A DNA stretch of 64,000 bases. It comes from Lingula anatina. Lineage: Eukaryota; Animalia; Brachiopoda. The stretch covers positions 10,478,001 through 10,542,000 of the forward strand of contig CM120640.1 in the NCBI GenBank assembly GCA_051362555.1, read 5' to 3'. The position numbers and the translations under genes are program-made. Of the stretch, positions 13,101 through 27,400 are shown piece after piece; within the stretch, counting starts at the first letter, position 1, and every line of letters starts with the position of its first letter. Under the pieces are notes generated by a model, which saw nothing but the letters and a program-made list of their open reading frames with translations, did not search any database and was not told the DNA's origin.

Positions 13101-14990
13101 GTACTGTAACTGTTTGGGAAGCCTGTTAAGAGTATATCATATAAGAGAATGATTACAAACATTTTTGAAGTGCTGATTAACAACAAGAAAGACTCAGTAA
13201 CAGGCTATTTTTGTTGCATAGAATTACTGTACTATATATATCACACTCACATGCACGCACAAAGACACTGCAGAATATGTTATATCTTATGCAATCTCTA
13301 TCTATCTAATATGCCTAAAATAATTTTCATTTTGGTCAAGTGGATTTTTTTTCAGTCAATTAAATTTGAGGACAGAAGTACTCCATGTTTTTTCTTTTTC
13401 TTTCAAAAAAGTCTTGCGCATATATGGAAAACACCTTTCACTCATAGTCACTAAATAGAGCTCTGCAAAAGGGTTCTCCAACAAAAGTGGCCAAGAATTA
13501 AATAGCTCAAAAACTGAAAATGCATGTACTCCAAAATGCTTCACCCCTACAGATCAGGGAAGAGCTTACTTAAGAGGAACAAGGTTGCATTGTTTAATAA
13601 GCAGAGCCATCGGGATCCAGGGAGAGTCTTGACCTGACTGGAACAAGTCCTGGGGTAATCTAGGCCTCTGTTTACCTAACTGCATGCACTCAATCCCAGC
13701 CCTAGTGTACTTCTCCTCTCCCATTGTTGCTTCCTTTCACTGTTCTTGGCAGGTAAATAAATGCTTACATTAACGGGTTTGAGGGAGGTGCTATTAATTA
13801 ATCTAATGCTTTAACATGTTTTATATGCTTGGTTTAGAGAGACTGGGATGAAACCTTTTACACCTCAATAATATTAGCAAAAAGGCTACTCATTATGCAT
13901 CACAGTCATGTAGAAAGGGAAGAAGTGGGGTAGGGAAGGGTGGAAGCAGGCAGCTATTGGGCAATGGTTCAGTTGACAATGATGCAAATGTAACTTCTAG
14001 TTCAACTGTGAACAAATTTACACCTCTCTTAATATTTTTGCACACTGCTGGATTTGATTGAATTAAAAAATACATATCTTCATTTTTGTCTCAAAACTTT
14101 AATTTTTAATTTTAATTATAAGTCAACAAGGGTTTTCTTCTAGCTTGAAATTAAGGAATTTCTTTATGAAAGGAGTAAATTTATAAATTTTTGTGAATTG
14201 AACATTTTGGTTTTGATAATCTTGACTTTGCGAATTAATGATCACCAAAAGATAAAAATCACATGTAATGTATTAATGACATTCACACAACACTTTTTCG
14301 GTAATATTGAAATTTCAATTTCTTACTTGGCGAGATAGTAATCTTGCATAGTCGAGTTATAGTTGGCCAAGGATGATTCAAAATCTGAATTGATTTTAAT
14401 TTGGTCTAAGCCGATTTAAAATCTGATTGGATTTCAATATTGATTGCGACATGTATTCGTGTATTTTTTGGTGATTTTAATCACAGGAATCATGTAAGAC
14501 AATATGAATTGATATTTCAGGAAGATTTGTAACAGTATACACTACCTGGGGTACCAAGTGCTTGAACAGAACTATTTACTGACAGAGTCTTCATATTTGA
14601 GAATTCTTGAGCTTTATTCTATTGCTATAAGTATTCAGAAATATAAGCAATTTGTACAAATTATTTTCTGTTGTGTAGATTTGATGTGACCATGTCTCAT
14701 CAAAACCTTACCTTGAACCAACACGAGAACATATGGAGAGTAAACCTCTCCTTGTCTGTTGGAGGCCAAGCATCTATACCAGCCAGTATCACGGAGGGAG
14801 AGATGGCGGATTTTGAGTGTTCCTGATGGCAGGATCCTATATTTGGAGCCAAAGTTGTGAAGAAAAGTTCCATTTTTCTGCCATGAGTAGCGTACTGTAG
14901 AGTTCCCTGTAGCAGCACAGCGAAGGGTGAGCTGGGAGACAGAGGTGATCAAAACAGTTCTGTTCTGGGGTGAGGTAGTTATCACTGGAC
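7180..14990 (-). CDS. MUSK: MuSK-like receptor tyrosine kinase (Ig, Ig, Frizzled CRD, Kringle, TM, kinase)
   Basis: Phase-compatible exons 14712-14990 (Ig), 12727-12851 and 10960-11107 (Ig), 10517-10526 (microexon), 9726-9977 and 9214-9413 (Fz), 8765-9010 (kringle, NYCRNPGG), 7180-8366 (TM plus kinase: [50 protein letters not shown]). Confidence 0.88.
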
Positions 14991-17900
14991 CTAAAATTGG
15001 AGCAAAATCAAAATTATTAGTTCACGCCACTTACTCATTGGTACATTTTAAGTTTTACACCCAACTTGTTTAACTGCCTGGTTATGTGAAGCAAAATGTT
15101 TTAATGATTAAAAAATGATAATAATAAAACAAATCAAAATAAAATTCATAAATTAAAGGCAAAATTTACATAATTAAAAACAGCAGATTCCACGATGTAA
15201 AAGAAGTCAACGCAGGCCTGTAAAACACCAATGTTACATTATAACCAAACTTAATGCAGCCATCTTATAGACCATACAGAGAGAAATTATGCATGCAACA
15301 TGAACACTGGCAACACTGAGCACCTAATGAGAACTTATTGAGATAAAATCTGCCATTTTGCAACAGTTTAATGATTAATAATTGTTTTGATTTTAAAAAA
15401 TAGAAAATAAAGAAAGGTGCATCAAATTGTGTTAACTACACAAATGAAAAAAAAAAAAAAAGAACCGATTTCTTTTTTTTTGATAAACTACATTTCACTT
15501 ATTAATTCTCAATATTTCTTGAAGCATTCATCTAAGATCTGGAAAGGATGTTATTGCCTTTTTTCTTCTTTTTTCATTTTTTTGTCCCAGCAATTGACGT
15601 CGACAGCATGCTGACAGCATGATGCAAAAAAATAGCAATCATTATACTCTTGTGAGCTTGGCGTCACTTACACTGGTAATAAACTTCAAACTGATATCCT
15701 TGTTGCCCTGTAAACAAGTGACATTTGCTCTGAGCACTGACCCCCCCTCAAATCTATTTAGCTGCTTATAACCTTAGGGATAATATAATACAAAACATGA
15801 CATACACAAGTTACCAGCCCTCATCTTTACCATAAATACTAATTACTATTACTTGATCCATGACAAACTTTCCACCACTTAAGAAGACTCTCAAAAGAAT
15901 TATCTAGTTCAAGACTGCTGACTCTTTTGTGACTGTAACTGGCAAAGTTTTTTTAGTGAATAGGAGCAGCATTTTATGGCAATACATAAGGGTAATCTGT
16001 CTCACTCATCTTAATTTGTAAAAATAAAAAAAAAAATAAAAAAAAAATTCTGACTGGCCATGGGGCACTTGGCAACACGTCCACCCTTGTGCCAACTGGC
16101 CTCAGACAATTTTCTTTGTTATAAATCTTACATAAAGAAGAAAAAAAGAGGCAACAAAAATTCAAAAGAATTTCACTGCAGACATTTTTTATGACAAAAC
16201 AGGGTTAGACCACTGGTCTACCTTTAACTCTGAGCAAAATATAATTTTCTGAAGTATTCATGAAAATTGTCAAATTGCCTGATGAACATTTTACTAATCT
16301 AAGTTTATTTCAAGAATACAAAAATTATTTTAAAATTGAGATAACATGATCAGACTAAATATAAAACTTGAAAAGACAAGTTATACATGGATAGATTTCT
16401 ATGGACACTTACGCCATCATCGAGGTGCCTTTTTTTTTTAATTCAACTTAAATTTAGAAATTTAATTTTAATCATATGGTCAGTCAGGATCTCTGGACAA
16501 GTTTTAAGTTTTATTTCAACAGCTGCTTCTGATTACAACCAAAGTTACATATCAGTTATCAATCAATTACCATACTTGTTAGGTCACAATCATTCAAAAT
16601 AATGTACTAAAATAAATGGATAAATTATCCAAAAGACTACAGTATTCCATGGTAAGATTTGACCGAAATTCTTTGTAACACTTCTTTATTTAAACAAAAA
16701 GCTATAAAATGGATTTTTTACATGAAATAAAATTTACACTTAACGGGCAATAACACCTCTCTCTAAAGTCTTCACACATATTTACAATAATATCTCTCAC
16801 ATAACTTGCAGTGTAGAAAGACAATTGTTCCACCTAAACAACTTGAATATACAAGAAACAAAAAAAGAATACCAAAAAGAGTATTTTTGCTCCCTTGCTT
16901 AGATAAATAGGAGTGTCAGGAATGACAGTACAATTCAATGCCAGAGGATAATACACCACTCCTGGGTATTCCATTTTGATTGGTAATATTCAAAGCCTCT
17001 CTTCCTAATGATCTGTCTGAGTAATCACTTGTCAACTAAATCAACAAAACCAGATGTTGGAAATGCTAAACGAGTCCTTCTATTTCTTTCTTTTTTAACC
17101 ACATCTCTTATTTCTGCTGATTTTATAAACGTTCCCAAATGAACAAGTGGTATTCCAAGCTAACAATAACAACTCTTTTTCTTCTTTAGTGAAAAAGCAC
17201 AACAGTGTTCTTAACACAAAGTGTGAAACCCTTCAGGACATCTCATGCTAGCTTAATGCAAAGGAGAGACTGAAACCAAAAAGTGTAGTCTGGCATAACA
17301 ATACCACACTTGTACATAATCCTGAACTACATAAGAGCTCTTTTTTCAAAGCTGAAATCCACGTAGATCCTTTGAACTTGATGAAAAAAATTGTAGGCTA
17401 AGAAATTTATGTGGGTCTTCTAGCCCTTTTCCCTCCTTCAAAACTGACTGGGATTTCTAATTCTCTGGTGGGTCAGATTTTAATGACTCAAGCTTGGTGG
17501 TCTAGATGATCTAGAATTAGGAGCCTGATGTGCGTGTATTAAAAGCTAATATAAGCTTATTAACTCCTAGACTCACAGTCCCCAGATATAGTGAAATAGA
17601 GATATTTTACCAAATTTACCTGGAAATTGGTTTATACAATCAGATTTTGGGAGATACCTTTGGTGGCAAGAAAAACAAGTTTTGCTAAGGCAGTTGATGT
17701 TATAGATCAATATCTTAACAGTTTCTGTATGTTACTTCCTTTTCAATCTCCTGTGCCATAGTATAATGCTGAAGAGATATCTACAAACACCTGATATCTT
17801 GCATACACATACACCTGACAGATTGAAAGCTGCTTTTCATTTTCTCCTACACTACACAAAATTTGTTTACTTCATGGGTTTCCAACTTTGCACACCCTGT

Positions 17901-19477
17901 ACAGATAAAATTACATCAGTACTAGTGTTTTCAAAACTCTAGTTCTAAACCAGTATTTTCACAAAGGTGGAGCATGATTTAACCTGGTGACAAACATCCC
18001 TGTGGTTTTCCTTCCTGCATTCAGTAGCTGTCACTCACTCACTTGGTGACAAACAATGGTTAGCTGTTCTATGGAGGGGACACCCACACACATATTTGTC
18101 ACAATAACAGGGGCAGTTCTGAGTGTGTATTGATCGATCATTTAATGAACAAGTACACATTTGGCCATGGGATATAATATCAAGTCACTTAAACTGTTTT
18201 TCTTCAACCAAGCCAATGTAGTTAAGATCCTGATTAATAATGCAGAAAGCAGATGTATGCTACCACATCAAATCATTCAGAAGTGCATTTGCTTGCATTT
18301 ATTCTTTGGATAAGCTTCTTTTTCTGATATTCTTTTTTTTTTTCTTCAAAAATGTTGGCAGTTTTGTGCCACAGAAGATTTTCTACATAATATAGCAACT
18401 GCCTCATAAATACACACAAAGGGAGCTATTTTGCTCTATCTCACAGTGTTCATTCTAGGAATGTTCCAATGTGGGACAAAGGGCCCCCAACATTTAAAAA
18501 AGTGGGCCATTACATTTTAAAGTGGGCCCTTGTTCAAATCTTGAAATTATAATATGTAACGCATGTTGTTTTACTGCTGTGGTATTTATGTTCAGAGATG
18601 AAAAAAAATTATTATAAAAATATTTTGACTAATAGGTGATCACATTCAATAAGTAATCCCAATTTTCTAAAACAAAACCCTTGAGTTGACACTCCAATTT
18701 TTGTTAACAAGTATAAGATAACACTAAAATATGTTCACGTTTTATTCACCAATAACCAAGTTCTTTCTATAACGACATTTTAAACCCATTTTTGGCTTCA
18801 ATTTATGAAAAACCCATTTAATTTTACCTCTTCTGTCCTGTCCCATTATCAATGACCCTTGACTAACTGGCATGCATTCATGACTTATGAAATTAATTGT
18901 CTCATCCCTGATAATGATACATAATTCGTTGATAAAAAGCTACCAGATTGAGAATGATATCACACATATTTCGACAGCAGAGACATAGGTCTTACTAAAA
19001 ATCACTTTAAGAATTGTTCCTTTTTTTATGTTGTTAATGAGATTGTCAATGAATTGACACTGTATTGCCTTGCACTGTTTCTCATAATTAGCACAAGTCA
19101 CAAGGATGTCCCTGGAGAATTGACAATGACCTTTTCCCCACTTTCAGGAGAAATTCTTCAATTTAGCTGCCAGGTATACCAGACAACATTTAAGTCCTTC
19201 CGAACTTGTGGATTGCAATGCCCTCTTAAACAATCCAGTAAACTGATTTCACCACTGCCATGATTGCTCCATCTTTACCTAGAATTGTTATAAAAGTTAC
19301 AATTAAATTTGAAATTTGGCATAAAAATCTGCATAAAATGTTTAGTAGTGTTGAAAGTATCCACAAAGAATACTCCAGCACACTATCCCTTACTTTATTT
19401 TTCCCTTAATCACCATGAACTGAGACCAAATCTCTCAACACAATAAAATCATGAAAAATTAATGTGAAAAATTTTAC

Positions 19478-19514
19478 CTATATATACAAAAAATAAGGTT
19501 CTGGGAAATAGCAT
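19478..19514 (-). CDS. Candidate first coding segment (signal-peptide-like) of the MuSK-like gene
   Basis: ATG at 19514 gives MLFPRTLFFVYI(G) and ends at a phase-1 GT donor compatible with the Ig exon. Acceptor near 19615 and an upstream GTAAG donor near 19721 suggest a 5'UTR exon from the CpG-rich region. Confidence 0.4.
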
Positions 19515-20149
19515 GAGCTTGACGCCCTATGTCAATGCGACGCAGCAAACACATTGTTTACATAGTTGTTCAACATTGCGATATCCCAGAATGCACTGTC
19601 AAGAGTTCCTCAAACTGCACAAATATAATTACAACACGTGGGTCCGGGACCGTCACGATAATCACTTTGATGTCTATTGCTCTGTGTTATAAATAAATAT
19701 TGACAAAAAAATAATATCTTACCTTCTAAAGCTCTGCAAAAAGCCTGTTTAGCTTGAGCTGCTTCCGACGTTTCTTGCATGGCAGCGCACGTCTCATGTC
19801 GCACATGGGTTTATTAGTCCCTTGAAAGAAGATATTGTCCTTTTTTTCAATGCATAAGCTGCAATACACCAAGTTTGCGTTATCGTCGTGTACAAGCCAC
19901 TTGTAAGTATTTCTCCACCATTTTTGAAACGACCTTGAAGTTGCATTGCTATTCGACGCGGTATCAGCAGTCGTGACGGCTGCACAAACTTTTGTTCTCT
20001 TTTCTGGTGGGAATGTCTGCTGTGCATGATCATGATCATCTCCGTCGCTACTGTTCTGAGCCGTTTAAGAGTGATCTTCGGGATCGATTTTCTTTAAAAA
20101 ACTTAAAATACCATTTTACTTCTTCTCCGCCATCACGCACAATGTACGG

Positions 20150-20520
20150 GTTGATCAAATTGACCTACATGGACAATTAATCTCAGCCTATCAGGGATTC
20201 AAAAAAGGAGGGGCGATCGCCACTGATTTGCATAAAGCGCATGACGTCAGCATAAATTAAGATCTTTGTTAAAACTGCGACGAGTAAAGAATATCTTCGT
20301 TACGTTTAACATTAGATCTTGATGTCAAGAGAAGTCGAGTAAACAATCAAACTTCGGCCGTGAATTTGCTGAATTGGAGGGCGCGTTTAGAACACAAAAA
20401 TGCGCCGCTGTTAATTCTCTTGAATTTTGTTGGCGCAGCTCGCTCTACGAATTGCGTCAACCACATTTTTTCTGCGTCAATGACGCAAGGGCGCGTCCTA
20501 GAATGAACACTGATCTCATT
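20150..20520. promoter_or_regulatory. CpG-rich promoter-like region upstream of the MuSK-like gene
   Basis: High CpG density; octamer ATTTGCAT 20226-20233; full CRE TGACGTCA 20242-20249; palindrome TGCGTCAATGACGCA 20473-20487. Confidence 0.45.
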
Positions 20521-22169
20521 CAGGAACGTATAATTTTGCACAATATACTTTCATTTAAGATGATGTCTTTCTTCTTTCTCTCCTTTCTAGAACAAACTCA
20601 ACAGTTACTTGCAGTTCAATGTTTTATAATGAGGTAAAATTAACCCTCTTAAGTAATCCAGGATTACCAATTTGCAAGGTAATTTTCTTTTGTTTCTCCA
20701 ATATCAATTCACAACTTACATAATTGCAATTTAAGGTAAAAAAAGAATTTATGAAATATATACAAATGTTTACCATTTGTTAATTTGCACATGTACTATA
20801 AAAGATATTTCATTCACCTAAAGGAAATCAAGTTTTAAATAAAATAAACAATAAAATGACTTCAAGTATCTAGTCATAAGTTTCCATCTGAATTTCTAGC
20901 AGAGTGATGCAGATTGTTTCAAATTTACACATAATAACTGAAAAGAAAATCTTTCATCCATACAGATGTACATTTATAATCTCATAAAAAACCAGAAACA
21001 TGATGTGTATTAAATTTGACCACAAATTTGAAATGGAATGGAACTGGAGCCATAAAAGGGAGTTGCCTAAATGGGAAGGGAGGGACCCAGGTGAGAGTAC
21101 TGCAGTTAACTTTTACAGGTTGTAGCACAACAGAATAACCAGAAAAGTTTGCTCTGAACAAACGTACATCACATCATTCAAAGTTGCTGCCTTACCGTAA
21201 AATTACATGTCACAGAGACACGGCTAATTACTTATTTTTTACAAAATAATTTTGTATAATGAGCTAATTAGCTCTACCATTGCACCGAATGACCTGCTAC
21301 TACTGTACTTGTGCCATGTTGAAGCAGTGCCAATGGCTGACGAGTAACATCAAATGATAAAAAAAAATAATATTAGGTTTAAGGCAAACATATACATACC
21401 GACATACTGGCTTGCAACAATCTTCATACAAATGAAGAATAAGATCAATTGCTTCATTTTTCCATCACTGAATATGTGACCCAGATTTCATGCCCCGCCA
21501 TCATCTTTAGTTGTCAATTTCTCCCTGAGAGCTCTCGGAGTCGACTGCGTCTGATCTATATACGTTGGAAGACAAAGCGTATGCCAAACAATGCATCTGC
21601 GGTGTGTTACTTTCTACATGAGTCTATTTTCAAAATACTTGACTAAAGTGTATTTGCATCATGTTTCCCACTGTAACTTAGCTAACAGCAGATACGCGCT
21701 CCTACTCAAGTTTGAGTGATGTCTGATCTGCGCAGAAATGCTTCGTTTCACCGTCACACTGCGCATAACAAATGCACATGGCGGGCTCCGACGTGAGCAT
21801 ACGCACTGCGTTGTAAGCTCACTTACTGTAAGACATGGGAGACACGAGCCTTGATTGGGTGGCATTTTTCGCCCTGAAGTTAATTTTTTTAAAATGAAAA
21901 AAATAATAAAAAAAATTATGAAAATATTCGTGTTTACATTTAAAACGATTTATGAGACAAAACGGATTTATAATTTCATTGTGTGCGAAGATGCAGACTT
22001 GTTAAAAAACAAGGTACCGGTACTGTGTCAAAGATTATTTTCCAACGTCGTCAATGATTTAACAAATGCGCCACTTCTGCAGATTTGCCTTCATTCACTG
22101 TTCATTAATTGTCAATAAGTTAAACAAGTGCTTAAGCTAGCTTAAGTTTGCAGTAAGTTTGATCTTGCA

Positions 22170-22372
22170 AATTTGCTGCTAATTTGCCAGAATATGCTTT
22201 CTTGCTGCAAACTTCAGTTGTTCAGTTGTAATTTGCCAGAATATGCTTTCATGCTGCAAACTTCAGTTGTTATTGCATATTTGCTGCAAATTTGCAGAAA
22301 TACACATTTTTTAGTTTTCAGCAAATTTGCTGCAACTGTGCCACAGTATTGCTGCAATCTTTTGCTAAGGGT
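22170..22372. repeat. Degenerate TTGCTGCAAA-rich repeat, probably a transposon terminal relic
   Basis: Two near-identical units aatttgccagaatatgctttcWtgctgcaaacttcagttgtt plus several ttgctgcaa motifs. Confidence 0.45.
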
Positions 22373-22496
22373 ATTCATTATCAATATATGGAAAATGAGA
22401 TTTTTCCTGCATCTTAATATTCAATAATGCATCTATCTTTGTGCTGATTTAAAACAATAAATACCCATGAAAATATAAAATATCGACAATTATATT

Positions 22497-22873
22497 TGTA
22501 CCACCAGCGCGGCGCTGGCAGTACACATGGTTTTGATCTGGACCTGACTCGTCTGTGATATATGCCGCCATGTCATATATGCTGCCAAACCAAAGGAATT
22601 ATGGGATAAATTACTGCAAATGGCTAACTGAAGATCATACTCTTACTGCAACCCTAGGTTTGACCTTTTACTTTTCCCCACGCTTTTGTTATAAATTGCA
22701 ATTAAAAAAAATTGAGAATTTTTGTTTACATGCTTTTTGTAGAGCTTGTCAAACACAACACTGGAGGTGGTGTCCCTTTTTTTTTTTTTTTTTTTGGTTT
22801 TCCATACCTGTGCGCTTACTCTAGCTGGTGGTACCATACCTGGAGGCGGTATCACCTCTCTGATCCTCTAGTT
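22497..22873 (-). mobile_element. Short internally deleted copy of Helentron-like family B
   Basis: Its reverse complement begins AACTAGAGGATCAGAGAGGTGATACCGCCTCC as at 42757 and ends with the same ...CCAGCGC..GCTGGTGGTACA hairpin as 46433-46462. No tandem array. Confidence 0.8.
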
Positions 22874-24440
22874 CTCATTGCAATGTATAAGCATAGACAA
22901 CTCTAGGCTTTTATCGTCATTTTAACACCTTCCTATTTTGAAATGAGACAGCAATCAGAATGGGGTGTAACTTCATCCCTGAACAAGATTTTACCTCGAA
23001 AATTGGTGGAGTTGACCATGAGTGAATGGGCTGCAATCCAATGCCATCATTTTGGTTTAAATGTTTTTGTTATGGAGTTATGAGCCCCTTATTACAGACT
23101 TTCATTACACCAAGGCATTATTTTGCTTTATTAACTATGAAATCTGAACTAAGACTTTTGAGAAAAATCACTGGTAGGGGTTTGGAATACTAAATGGTGT
23201 CATTAAATCAGCATTGAAACAGTGATTGTGGGTGCTCAGGTAAAAGAGAAATTTGGAGATCTGATTTTTCAGTTTTTCCCCCAAAATGGCAATCATGACA
23301 TCACCTGTAAGATGACAGATGTAAATATTTTAGTCATTGGACACTGAAGATTTATCTATTACCCAAATGGATGTACATGTATGTAGGGCAGTAAATAGAG
23401 TTTTGGGGGAAGGATGACAATATTCTTAAGGAAGATGAATTTCCCATTCCTTTAAAGACAAATGCCAACTTCACCCCTTCTTTAGTTCAAAAACTGTAAA
23501 CATTTTTTCTAAATCAAAATTTAATTGGTAAGATGTTTTATGCCTTCACTCACAAATATGGGCCTTCACTTACCAACATATATTCAATTTCTTAAAACCT
23601 GAGAGCTGCTGACTACATCCACAAACTGACCCTTGGTAATAGGTATATAATTTTTCATAAGAAGCATAAAACATTTTACTAGGTATCTAAATGGCAGTTG
23701 ACAAAAAAGGTTTTGTAATCCCTTCCTTGCACACACAAGGGCATGAAAATAATGACAAAAAGAAGTGAAAGGTGGAATACTAAAACGTTTAATGTACCAG
23801 TTTGAGCAAGCAAAGCAATTTTACCTTTGCTTGTAATTAAAGTGATTGGCATTTATTAGGTCGTCTTTAATTTGTTAGTGCACATGGGCATACTGAGCAG
23901 CATCAAATACTTCAACACTTTATAAATTATGTAATTTAAAAATTAGAAAAAGACCTAAAACACATTTCCACTTTATACAGAAAAGAAGAGGCAAAAGGAC
24001 AAACCTCTATTTAATAGGCTTTATTTCACAAGCAAATGGCAGTGTTGTGGCCATAGTCTCACCTTGCTATGTTATGGGCCCAAGGTCTGGTAGAGTAAAT
24101 ATCAAATCCATGGAAAGATTGCTATTGGAATAACCAAAATTGATTGGAAACCGCAAGGTATAAATAATATTCTGGGTCATATTCTTATGTATAATTAGGT
24201 TTCTACTAAATGTATGGCTGTAAGATATATATATCAATTATAAATGCAATGTGTAATAAAGACAGTGTATAGCTTCTGTTAAAAAATTCTTTTTGCAAAC
24301 TTTGAATCAAAATGCATTGATTTACAAAATAGTGATGCCACAGTCACATAAAGATCTTAAAACTGGAATGCTGTGGTTTCCATACAAGTGTAGTTATATA
24401 AAAGTCATTATTGTATGCACACTTCGCTGACAATTGACAG

Positions 24441-27400
24441 CTATGGAAATTTGATACCTATTCCAAACTGAAGCCCTGGATTCACACTGGAAAGAGAACC
24501 ATTTTTTATTAGTAACAAATTATCTACAGAAAAGTTGACATGGAATTCTAATAAAGGATAAAAGTCCAAACACACAAATTCAATATCTTTAACCTTTGAT
24601 AAAACTTACTGAAATGTCATTTCCACTGGAAAAGGAGTTAAATCCCAAAATAAGAAGACCCACTTTTATCCCTTAAGATGTTTTCACAATTTACAACAAG
24701 GCTTGATCTATGAAGTCATCATATACCTGTAAATTAGCTATCAATTTTCCAAAACAGTCAAATAACTAAGATCTTTAAATTAGTCTTTAAACCACTAAAA
24801 AGTACCCTTTGAATCTTTTTAAGAGCTTATAATTTTTTTCAAATGAAAATAAAGTATGTAACCTTAGGTAGGGAACCATGACAGACACTATACTTACTTG
24901 TCTCCTGGCTGGACTTTAACTGGTACACAGTAGTTTAACTCCAATCTAAAAAGTGATATCTGCATGGCTAGACCAGCACCATATGACACCCGTGGAGATT
25001 CTCTGTACTTCTGCAGTATCTGCTCCCAGTTCTGGTCTGAAATAAATTTTTAAAAAATCAATTAATTAATAAAACTTAAATAATCTTCAATTTAAATTCA
25101 ATATCAGGGGCAGATCTATACATATTTTTTGACAGTCTTCCACATTATCTTTGTTGATCCATTCTCTATTTTTGACCATCTTCAATTAGATACCCATCAT
25201 TGTAAACTTGAATATCTGACCGTTTTCTGGAAGACCCAGTGATTGTGTAATTACCTTCTGACAAAAACTGAATTGCTGCAATATTGAAGAAAAGATGACC
25301 ATGACCTGGTTGATACTTTTTTTAATGTAGGCTTCTTGGTCATAACATGCGTAAAATTAAATGACAGTGTGATTACCAAAATCAACAACAAAGGAATATG
25401 CAAAGAGAACTAAACATACATTACAGCTGAAGAAAAGGTGGGTATTAAAATTTGCTTTGCTTTTTTTCAGCTACATGTACTAGGTCAAAATAAGCAAAAA
25501 CTTATCTAATACTCTAAGAACACAGGCCTCTGCCAAGGCAAAATGTGTATAATAGTAGAACAAACATTTTTTCTAAATAAACATTAGAAGACCTGTATTT
25601 GACTAATAGATAATTTTTTTCAATCAAAGTAGCATACATACAAAATCAGAATACACAAGTTAAGCAAGTACTAACAGACCAGACTATCAGAGAAAATACA
25701 AAACCTATCACCCATAATACTAAGGTATAAAGAACTAAGTAAATAACCTTACAGAAGCATGGACTTTCTAACATTAGCACATATAACAAAAACTGTATCT
25801 GTTTGATTTGCTTTTGTGTATGTTTTACACTTTTGTTTGCCATATAAAAACATATCACATAATAATCTTTTTATGTATGTTTATGGCAACTACTTATTAT
25901 GTATCCGATTTGAAATACACAATAATCATATCTCCGATTTTTAATACACCCACACACATCAACCCAACATACACTTTTGCATCTTGTATATACACATACA
26001 TATACAGATGTATATATATGGTTTAAGTACTATATCCCTTCAAAAAAAGGTTTTCCACGTGTCCAACTTTTTTCAATTTTTTTTTAAAAAGGTTTTCCAC
26101 GTGTCCAACTTTTTTCAATTTTTTTTTTAAATCTAAAGTATTCTGAGTAATATTTCTTTCTGCCATTAATTTTTCATTCATATACAAGCTTAGAGAGTGC
26201 AAGTTTGTTGCTTCGGCTCTTTTTGATTTGCAATAAATGTAGAATTTGGTTACATATATAATGAAGCTGATTAGGTTAAAACCACTGGAAGTATAGCCAA
26301 AGATAACATTTTTTGATTAAATAATACTTAGCCTTTGTTCACATGGAAAGTCTATTTTCTAAAAATCTATTTTCTATTCACGATATCTTATGATCACGGT
26401 CTGTGCCCTGAATATCCTGCGGCGTAATTACTGGCAGCGCGAGCCAGTTACTTATACAAAGCTGTAATTAATTCTCAGCTGTGCTCGCATCCTATAAAAT
26501 CTCATCCTCTGTTGCCGCATCGCTTGCCATCGGATCATGATGGTTGCACTTGTATCTGTCGTGTGTATAGCTTCTTCATCTTCTTTGCCTTGTTGTTGCA
26601 CAAAATCGACAAACACATTTTTCAAAGCAACCGTGATCGCCATTAACTTTCTAACTTCCTACTGCGCATGCGTCAAGGTATCAGAATCTCCTCCGAGCAC
26701 AGCCGAGAATTAATTACAGCTTTGGAAGTAACTGGCTCGCGCTGCCAGTAATTATGCCGCGGGATATTCAGGGCACAGACCGTGATCACAAGATATACCG
26801 CGAATAGAAAATAGATTTTTAGAAAATAGACTTTCCATGTGAACGAAGCCTTAGTTACAGTCTTTTCAAAAATTAATTGTTCTAATTTAATCCACAGATA
26901 TCTTACTATGTGGCAAAAATATAAAATATGCTCCATTTCTTCCCTCTCTTCTCCACAAAAAAAAAACATACGTCATTTTCTATAACAGATATTCTTTAAA
27001 GGTAAGCTTTCACAGGTAAACTTTAATAGATAAATTAATGTGGCTTGCAGAGTTAATGACCCAAGTGCAGCGGATATGTGGTGTACTCATACCTTCTACC
27101 AGGGCGACTCTGTTACATTAGGCCAGGAGAAAATGATTAACTGCAGGAGCTCGGTGAGAGCTGGGCTTTGTGCCAATGTAATTAACGCTTGTTACACAAC
27201 CTGCCTTGTCTTGTCTGTCTGCTAAAGGGCTGTTTTATTGTCACAGATTAACAATAAACTATCTTGATTACTGTCAAAGGGACTTGGCAGGGACTTGCTA
27301 AGTGACTGTGCCTGAGTAGTTATGCAAACAATTACAAGCCAAGTAATCATCTTTGAGATTTCAGAACAGGGTCACAGTGCAGATATTAGCCATCTATTTA

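Noticed and set aside
16845-16975. Minus-strand ATG ORF (MEYPGVVYY...) as an alternative MuSK start
   Set aside because: Reaches a stop without a convincing phase-1 donor.
18443-18540. Possible hAT MITE end (CAGTGTTCATTCTAG)
   Set aside because: No matching inverted terminus or TSD found.
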